A DNA stretch of 32,000 nucleotides from Candidatus Saccharimonadota bacterium (GTDB taxonomy: Bacteria; Pseudomonadota; Gammaproteobacteria; Enterobacterales; Enterobacteriaceae): contig CP024013.1 of assembly GCA_002688505.1 (NCBI GenBank), positions 1-32,000 on the forward strand, in the 5' to 3' direction. The position numbers and the translations under genes were made by a program. Under the pieces are notes generated by a model that saw nothing but the letters and a program-made list of their open reading frames with translations, did no database searches and was not told the DNA's origin. Positions 24,609 to 32,000 of this stretch are shown here, piece by piece. Position 1 is the stretch's first letter, and every line of letters starts with the position of its first letter.

Positions 24609-24652
24609 AAAACACCTTTAAAATTAATTTTATATAATAAAATTCTAAAATA

Positions 24653-25510
24653 TTACTTTAATTTAATTAATAACAATCTTAATTTACAAATAGCATTTCT
24701 TTCCAATTGTCTTATTCTTTCAGCAGAAATATTATAATAATTAGCTAATTTTTTTAAAGTAATCTTTTTCTTATTTAATCATCTACATTTTATAATATGT
24801 TTGCTTCTATCATCCAAATATATAAAAGCTAATTTTAATTTTTTTAAAATATATTTTTTTCAATTTAAATATTCAAAATTATTAGTAAAATTAGAACACT
24901 TATCTCATAAATCAATATAACTAAAATTTTTATTATAATTATTATATTCCTTTTTAAAACTTAAATTAATATCTTTAGAAAACATTCTAGATTCCATTTC
25001 ATAAATATCTTTTTTAGAAACAGATAATCTTTTAGAAATATTTTTTATTTCTTTATTATTAAATCATCCTATTTTTTTTTTAATTTTTCTTAAATTAAAA
25101 AATAACTTACGTTGTGATTTAGTAGTAGCTATTTTTACAATACGTCAATTTTTTAAAATAAATTCATGTATTTCAGCTTTTATTCAATAAATAGCAAAAG
25201 AAATTAATCTAATCTTAAACGAAGGATTAAATTTATTAACAGCTTTTATTAAACCTATATTACCTTCTTGAATTAAATCAGCTATAGATAATCCATAACC
25301 TGAATAATTTTTAGCAATACTTACTACAAAACGTAAATTTAAAATAATTAATTTTTTTGCAAATTGAAAATCTTTTAAATAATAAAATTTACTTAATAAA
25401 TTATACTCTTCATCTAAAGATAAAATTGGAAAAGAATTAACTATATATATATAAGAATTTAAACTACCTAAATTAAATTTATTAAAATTACTAATTTTAG
25501 TAATTGACAT
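24653..25510 (-). CDS. rpoH: RNA polymerase heat-shock sigma factor sigma-32 (285 aa)
   Basis: [38 protein letters not shown]...FAIYW(TGA 25184-25186)[13 protein letters not shown](TGA)[20 protein letters not shown] (the RpoH box)...[18 protein letters not shown]. Stop is TAA at 24653-24655. Confidence 0.95.
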
Positions 25511-25775
25511 ATAAATACTCTTTAATAAAAGATATTTTAAAAAAATTTAAAATTAAAATTATAAATTAATATATATATATATAAATATATATAAATTAAT
25601 ATAACTAAAAATTTTTAAAATTAAAATATATAATTAAATATAACTATAAATTTATATTTTAATATTATAATTAATATAAATATATTATAAATAATATTTA
25701 AACAAATTACTATTTAAATAAAATATAAAATATTTACAAAATTCAAAATATTTAATTAAAAAAATAAAAATATAT

Positions 25776-26333
25776 ATGAAAATTATATCAGGTAAATATA
25801 AAGGTAAAAAAATTTATACATTAAAAAAAAAATTACTTAAACCTACCAATTCAATAACAAAAAAAATATTATTTCAATGATTAAGTCCTTTTATAAAAAA
25901 TAAAATATGTCTAGATTGCTTTGCAGGTACAGGATCTTTAAGTCTTGAATCACTATCAAGAAATGCTAAACATGTAACATTAATAGAAAAAAATTATAAA
26001 ATTTCCAAATTAATAAAAAAAAATTTTAAAAATATAAAAAATAAATATTTTAAAATTTATACAAAAAATTCAATTAAATGACTAAAAAAAAATAAAAAAA
26101 AATTTAATCTAATATTTATAGATCCACCATATAATAAAAATTATATAAATAAAATAATAAAATTAATAAAAAAAAATAATATAATAAAAGAAAAAACATT
26201 TATATATATAGAAACATTTAAAAAAAATATAAACATAAAAGTACCAAAAAAATGATTTTTATATAAAGAAAAAATAAAACATTCTACTAAATTATTATTA
26301 TATATAATAAAACCTAAATTAAATAAAAAATAA
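25776..26333 (+). CDS. rsmD: 16S rRNA (guanine966-N2)-methyltransferase RsmD (185 aa)
   Basis: MKIISGKYKGKKI...KPTNSITKKILFQW(TGA)L...CLDCFAGTGSLSLESLSRNAKHVTLIEKN...FNLIFIDPPYNK. The DPPY and SAM-binding motifs and the overall length fit RsmD (YhhF). Its position near rpoH matches the E. coli neighbourhood. Confidence 0.8.
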
Positions 26334-26511
26334 ATAAAATATAAAATTAATTTTTAAATATATATAAATTTTAAAATATAAATATTATTTAAATTTATAA
26401 ATAAAAAAATAATAATTTTATTAAATTAAATAAGTCATAATTTAAAATAAATATTAATTTAAATATTTAAATATTAAAATAAATATAATTTAAATAAAAA
26501 ATAAATATAAA

Positions 26512-27894
26512 ATGAAAAATTTTAATACAAAAATTTATAAATATAAAGATATAAATATACCTCCTTCTTCTTTAGAAGCTGAACAATCAGTATTAGGTGG
26601 TTTAATGCTAGATAATGAAAAATGAGAAAATATATATGAAATAATTAATTTAGATGATTTTTTTAATAAATCACACCAAATTATATTTCAAGAAATGCAA
26701 GAACTTTCTGAAACATATAAACCAATAGATCTTATAACATTATCAGAATCATTAAAAAAAAATAAAAAATTAAATATTATAGGAGGATTTGAATATTTAG
26801 CTGAACTATCACAAAATGTACCAAGTGTATCAAATATAAAATACTATGCTGAAATAATTAAAGAAAAATCTATATTAAGAGAAATTATTAATATATCAAA
26901 TGAAATAATAATGTATGGATTTCATCCAGAAGGTAAAAATAGTAAAGATATATTAGACTTAGCAGAATCTAAAATTTTTAAAATATCTGAAAAAAGATTA
27001 ATTAAAGATAATAAACCAATAAATATAAAAAATATTATAAAAATTACAAAAAATAAAATTAAAAAATTATATAAAAATCCAAAAAAAGAAATAACAGGAA
27101 TAGATACAGGATATATAGATTTAAACAAAAAAACATTTGGTTTTCAACAATCTGACTTAATTATAATTGCAGCTAGACCATCAATGGGTAAAACAACATT
27201 CGCAATGAATATATGCGAAAATATAGCTATGTCCCAAAGTAAACCTATATTAATATTTAGTTTAGAAATGTCATCAGAACAAATACTAATAAGATTAATA
27301 TCTTCACTTTCTAGAGTTAATCAAAATAAAATTAAAACAGGTAAATTAAATAATAAAGACTGAATTAGAATATCAAGTACAATAAAATTATTAGAAAAAA
27401 AAAAAAATATATTTATAGATGATTCATGTAATCTAACACCTACAGATATAAGATCAAGAACAAGAAAAATTTATAAAGAAAATAATGGATTAAGTATAGT
27501 AATGATAGATTATTTACAATTAATGAGATCATCAACATATTTAGAAAATAGAACATTAGAAATAGCAGATATATCAAGATCATTAAAACTTTTAGCTAAA
27601 GAATTAAAAATTCCTATAATAGCTTTATCACAGTTAAATAGATCATCAGAACAAAGATCAGATAAAAGACCTGTAAATTCAGATCTAAGAGAATCTGGTT
27701 CTATTGAACAAGATGCAGACTTAATTATATTTATATATAGAGATGAAGTATATTATGAAAACACTGATATGAAAGGAGTAGCTGAAATAATAATAGGTAA
27801 ACAAAGAAATGGACCAACAGGAACTATACACTTAATGTTTAATGGAAAAATTTCAAGATTTGATAATTATGCATCTACAAAATATAATTATTAA
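26512..27894 (+). CDS. dnaB: Replicative DNA helicase DnaB (460 aa)
   Basis: PPSSLEAEQSVLGGLMLDNEKW(TGA)..., Walker A ARPSMGKTTFAMNI, FSLEMS, MIDYLQLM, ALSQLNRSSEQRSDKRPVNSDLRESGSIEQDADLIIFIYRDEVY, GKQRNGPTG. Track ORFs 26695..27363 and 27502..27894 are pieces of it. Confidence 0.95.
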
Positions 27895-27958
27895 AATATA
27901 AAAAATAAAATAAATTTTATGATAAAATAAATTTATTAAAAAATAATTTTGAAAAAAT

Positions 27959-28432
27959 ATGGCTAGTAAAGGTGTTAATAAAGTTATAATAATAGGAAAT
28001 CTAGGTCAAAATCCTGAAACAAGATATACATCAAATGGAAATACAATAACTAATTTAAATGTTGCTACTTCTGAAATATGAAAAGATAAAAATACAGGAA
28101 AAAAAAAAGAAAAAACAGAATGACATAGAATTATATTATTTGGTAAATTAGCTGAAATAGCATCAGAATATTTACAAAAAGGATCACAAGTATATATAGA
28201 AGGATCATTACAAACTAGAAAATGACAAGATAAAAAAGGTAATGAAAAATATATAACAGAAATAATAGTAAATATGAACGGAACAATGCAAATGTTAGGA
28301 CATAAAAATATAAATAATAATATAATAAGTAAAAAAAATAATAAAATTAAAAAAGAAAAAATTAAAAAAAATAAAAAAATCAAAGAAAAACCTGAAGATA
28401 TATCAATAGATTTTGATGATATTCCTTTTTAA
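27959..28432 (+). CDS. ssb: Single-stranded DNA-binding protein (157 aa)
   Basis: [41 protein letters not shown](TGA)KDK...TEW(TGA)[31 protein letters not shown](TGA)QDK. The canonical acidic tip IDFDDIPF is present at the C-terminus. This gene was missed by the track; only the antisense ORF 28006..28383 is listed. Confidence 0.95.
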
Positions 28433-28472
28433 TAAAAATATATAAAATTAAATAAAATAAAAATATAAAAAA

Positions 28473-30116
28473 ATGTCAGAAATATTTAGTAAACTATTTA
28501 AAAAAATAATTAAAAAAACTAAAACTAATTACGGTTCAATTATTAAAGGTAAAATAATAGATATAAAAAAAAATAAAGTAATTATAGATTCAGGACTAAA
28601 ATCAGAATCATATATACCTATAGAAGAATTTAAAAATTATAAAGGAAAAATTAAAATAAAAATAAATGATAAAATAAAATTATTTATAGACAGTTTTGAA
28701 TCTGGTAATGGACAAACTATATTATCTAGAGAAAAAGCTAAAAAATATGAAACATGAAATGATTTAGAATTATCATATACACAATCAAAAATAATACAAG
28801 GTATAATAATTGGTAGAGTTAAAGGAGGATTTACTGTAGATGTAAATGGAGTAAAATCTTTTCTACCAGGATCTCTTATAGATATAAAACCGATAAAAGA
28901 TACTACAATTCTTGAAGGAAAATTATTAGATTTTAAAGTAATTAAATTAGATAAAAAAAATAATAATATTGTATTATCAAGAAAAGCAGCTATTATTAAT
29001 GATAACAATGTAGAAAAAAAAAAATTATTAAAAAAAATATATGAAGGATCTATAATTAACGGTATAGTTAAAAATTTAACAGATTATGGAGCATTTATAG
29101 ATTTAGGAGGTTTAGATGGACTATTACATATAACAGATATATCTTGAAAAAGAATAAGACATCCTAATGAAATTTTAAATATAGGTGAAGAAATACAAAT
29201 AAAAATTATAAAATTTGATAAAGAAAAAAATAGAGTATCATTAGGATTAAAACAACTAACTAAAGATCCTTGAGAAAATATAGACAATAAATATCCTCAA
29301 AATACTAAAATTAAAGGAAAAATAACAAATTTAACAGATTATGGATGCTTCATAGAAATAGAAGAAGGTATTGAAGGATTAGCACATATCTCTGAAATAG
29401 ATTGAATAAATAAAAATATAAATCCATTTAAAATATTTAATATAGGTGAAAAAATTAAAGCAGTAATATTAAAAATTGATAAAATAAAAAGAAGAATATC
29501 ATTAGGTATTAAACAATGTAAACCAAATCCATGAATTAATTTTAGTAAAAATCATAATATAGGAGATATAGTAAAAGGTAAAATTAAATCAATAACAGAC
29601 TTTGGTATCTTTATAGAATTAAAAGAAGGTATAGATGGTCTAATACATAGCTCAGATATTTCATGAAAAATAAATAATGACTTTAATAAAAATCAAATAT
29701 ATAAAAAAAATAATACAATTGAAACAAAAATTTTACAAATAGATATAGAAAAAGAAAGAATATCATTAGGTATTAAACAATTACAAGAAGATCCGTTTAA
29801 TAAATATATATCATTTAAAAAAAATAAATTAATTAATTGTAAAATTACAAAAATTAAAAAAAAATTAATAAAAGTTTTAATAGAAAATAGTATTAAAGGA
29901 TTAATAAATATCAAAAAAAATAATAAAAATATAATAAAAAATCTTAGAATAAATAATATTATAAAAACAACAATTTCTAAAATAGATAAAAAAAATAGAT
30001 TAATAAATTTAAAAATTTTTAAAAATAAAAAAATTAAAAATAAAAATATTAAATTTAAAGAAAAAAATTGTTTTAATACAATGATAGAAGCATTTAAAAA
30101 AGCAAAATCTAAATAA
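28473..30116 (+). CDS. rpsA: 30S ribosomal protein S1 (547 aa)
   Basis: Repeated S1 domains are present: [65 protein letters not shown](TGA)[32 protein letters not shown](TGA), [30 protein letters not shown](TGA). Stop is TAA at 30114-30116. Confidence 0.95.
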
Positions 30117-31146
30117 AATCTTTAAAAATAAAATATATAAAATCTAAATAATTATTAAAACTATTAAAATAATTTATAGAACGTAAAATTCTATTTCTAA
30201 AAATAGAAGCATTTTTAATATTATTAAATATATATATAATATGTTTAATAATATTATATAAATTAATATTTTTTTTTTTTTGTAACACAATATAATTATA
30301 TAAATTATAAAAAATAAATATAATATATTTAGAAATTTTATTTTTATTAAAAAATAAATTTTGATTAAAATTTTCTATATCATAATTATTAATATAATTT
30401 TTATTTAAAATATAATTTTTAATAGCTACTAAAAATAATGGATTAAAATAAATACCTCTTCCTATCATTACTCCATCTACATATGATAAGTGTTTATTAA
30501 TATCAAATAAATTTTTTATATTACCATTTAAAATTATATTTAAATGTGATAAATCTTTTTTTAATTTATAAACAATTTCATAATCTAATATAGTTTTATT
30601 TAAATTAAAATATGTAGAATAATTATTCTTTAATATATTACGTGCATGAATTATAAATTTCTTACATGATGTATATAAAGAAATATTACCTACAAAATCT
30701 AATAAATAATCATAAGAAATATTATATAAACCTAATCTATGTTTTATTGAAATAATAACATCTATATTACTAGCTTCTTTAATAGAATTTAAACAATTAA
30801 TAATTAAATTATAATTATTCATTAAATATATTCCATAATTACATCTTTTAGCACTTTTTGAAGAACATCCTAAATTAAAATTAATTTCACGAAATTTAAA
30901 AATATTAATATATCTAATACATTTATATAAATCTTTATAATTATTTCCTACAAACTGTATTATTGTATTTTTATTATTTAATTTTCTAAAAATATTATTA
31001 TAATATTTATAATTACTTAAATAAGAAGAAGTATGTATCATACCATTATATATATAAATATTTTTCATTAATAATCTATAAAAATAATAACTATGTATAT
31101 CTAAATATTTAAATAATGGAGCTACTAAAATTTTATTCGTTAACAT
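30109..31146 (-). CDS. dusA: tRNA-dihydrouridine synthase, DusA-like (345 aa)
   Basis: VAPLFKYLDIHSYYFYRLL (cf. VAPMLDWTDRHCRYFHRLL), INFNLGCSSKSAKRCNYGIYLM (catalytic Cys region), FIIHARN, LNGNIKNL, YVDGVMIGRG. The TAG stop at 30109-30111 overlaps the rpsA 3' end by 8 nt. Confidence 0.8.
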   Translation of the reverse strand: MLTNKILVAPLFKYLDIHSYYFYRLLMKNIYIYNGMIHTSSYLSNYKYYNNIFRKLNNKNTIIQFVGNNYKDLYKCIRYINIFKFREINFNLGCSSKSAKRCNYGIYLMNNYNLIINCLNSIKEASNIDVIISIKHRLGLYNISYDYLLDFVGNISLYTSCKKFIIHARNILKNNYSTYFNLNKTILDYEIVYKLKKDLSHLNIILNGNIKNLFDINKHLSYVDGVMIGRGIYFNPLFLVAIKNYILNKNYINNYDIENFNQNLFFNKNKISKYIIFIFYNLYNYIVLQKKKNINLYNIIKHIIYIFNNIKNASIFRNRILRSINYFNSFNNYLDFIYFIFKDFI

Positions 31147-31162
31147 AACTAATTTAAAATAA

Positions 31163-32000
31163 TTATTTATTAAAATTTATATATTTAATTCCATTCATAT
31201 ATTTTATTAAAACTTTGGGAATTTTAATTACTCTATTTTCTACTTGATAATTATCTAATATAGCTATTAATGTTCTACCTACCGCTAAACCTGATCCATT
31301 TATAATATGAACAAATTTCTTTTTATTTTTAATAACATCATAATATTTAATATTAATTCTTCTAGACTGAAAATCTGAAGTATTAGAACAAGAAGAAACT
31401 TCTAAAAATTTTTTATTAACAGGTGATCAAAATTCAATATCATATGTTTTACATGAACTAAAACCCATTGTACCTGTAGATAATAATACTTTTCTATAAG
31501 GTATTTTTAATAATTGTAAAATTTTTTCTGCATTACTAGTTAACTCATCTAAGGATAACACAGAATTATTAGGTTTAACAATTTGTATTAATTCTACCTT
31601 ATCAAATTGATTTAATCTTATTAAACCTTTATTATTTTTTCCATATGAAATAGATTCAGCTCTAAAACAAGGAGTATTAGATACTAATTTTATAGGTAAT
31701 TCTGTTTCTTTAAAAATTTTATCTTTAAATAAATTTATTAACGCTACTTCTGAAGTAGGTATTAAAGCATATTTAAATTTATTAATATCATTATTTTTAT
31801 GCACATAATATATGTTATTTTTAAATTTAGGTAATTGTCCAGCATTATATAAAGAATTAACTTTAACTATATAAGGAACATATATTTCATTATAATTATT
31901 TTCTTTAATATGATAATTAATCATAAATTGAGATATGGCTCTATACAATAGAGCTATAACATTTTTCATTACTACAAAAGAAGTACCACTTAATAAAGAT
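31163..32000 (-). CDS. serS: Seryl-tRNA synthetase, 3' portion (N-terminus lies beyond the window)
   Basis: VVMKNVIALLYRAISQFM..., YVPYIV...LYNAGQLPKF, YALIPTSEVALINL, LPIKLVSNTPCFRAE, IRLNQFDKVELIQIV, CKTYDIEFW(TGA 31427-31429)SPV...EVSSCSNTSDFQSRR...NGSGLAVGRTLIAILDNYQ. Stop is TAA at 31163-31165. The frame is still open at 32000. Confidence 0.9.

Noticed and set aside
24609-24720. Sigma-32 promoter upstream of hslV
   Set aside because: Only a weak TTGGAAA-like string inside the rpoH 3' end, with no CAT-containing -10 at suitable spacing. It cannot be distinguished from background.
25511-25775. 265-nt A/T-only spacer with an (AT)n run as a replication origin
   Set aside because: I found no DnaA-box-like TTATCCACA or near variants, and no dnaA or dnaN nearby. 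It is more simply the remnant of the deleted ftsYEX region between rpoH and rsmD.
26462-26475. 14-bp palindrome aatatttaaatatt upstream of dnaB as an operator
   Set aside because: It is A/T-only and single-copy. Such palindromes are expected by chance in this composition.
26922-29914. Minus-strand ORFs 26922..27128, 28006..28383, 28637..29008, 29084..29287 and 29693..29914
   Set aside because: They are antisense to dnaB, ssb and rpsA respectively. The sense strands carry unambiguous conserved motifs.

Overview
This window is a gene-dense piece of an extremely A+T-rich, strongly reduced bacterial genome. G+C looks like roughly 10-15% by eye; I did not compute it. Almost every fragmented ORF in the six-frame track joins into a full-length housekeeping gene once in-frame TGA is read as Trp, so translation table 4 applies. 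With that code I resolve 28 protein genes and 2 tRNAs. There are no rRNA genes, CRISPR arrays, IS elements or obvious prophage blocks. Gene content is replication, repair, translation, secretion and heat shock: gapA, ibpA, rnhA, dnaQ, asnS, a general porin, tRNA-Arg(ACG), tRNA-Ser(GCU), csrA, alaS, recA, adk, htpG, dnaX, secA, rsmH, tpiA, rpmE, priA, tusE, hslU, hslV, rpoH, rsmD, dnaB, ssb, rpsA, dusA and serS (truncated by the window edge). Several local orders match classical gammaproteobacterial synteny, with the intervening genes deleted: rnhA<>dnaQ, alaS-csrA-tRNASer-tRNAArg, dnaX..htpG-adk, rsmH..secA, rpmE<>priA..hslVU, and rpoH..rsmD. This fits an obligate endosymbiont-type genome. The main unexpected item is the first gene, about 61-1581. 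It is a full-length TelN/TelK-type protelomerase (hairpin telomere resolvase) with an apparently intact active site, host-like composition and UGA=Trp usage. It starts only about 60 nt from the window edge, which suggests a linear, hairpin-ended chromosome. Three secondary observations stand out. First, an 86-nt poly(A) tract flanked by a 46-bp direct repeat in dnaQ puts the conserved epsilon C-terminus out of frame. Second, a DciA/DUF721-like small ORF lies next to secA and is reachable from its ATG only through an A9 frameshift. Third, priA has degenerate helicase motifs and dnaX is gamma-length. All calls come from reading and translating the sequence by eye and comparing with remembered protein families; no searches were run.
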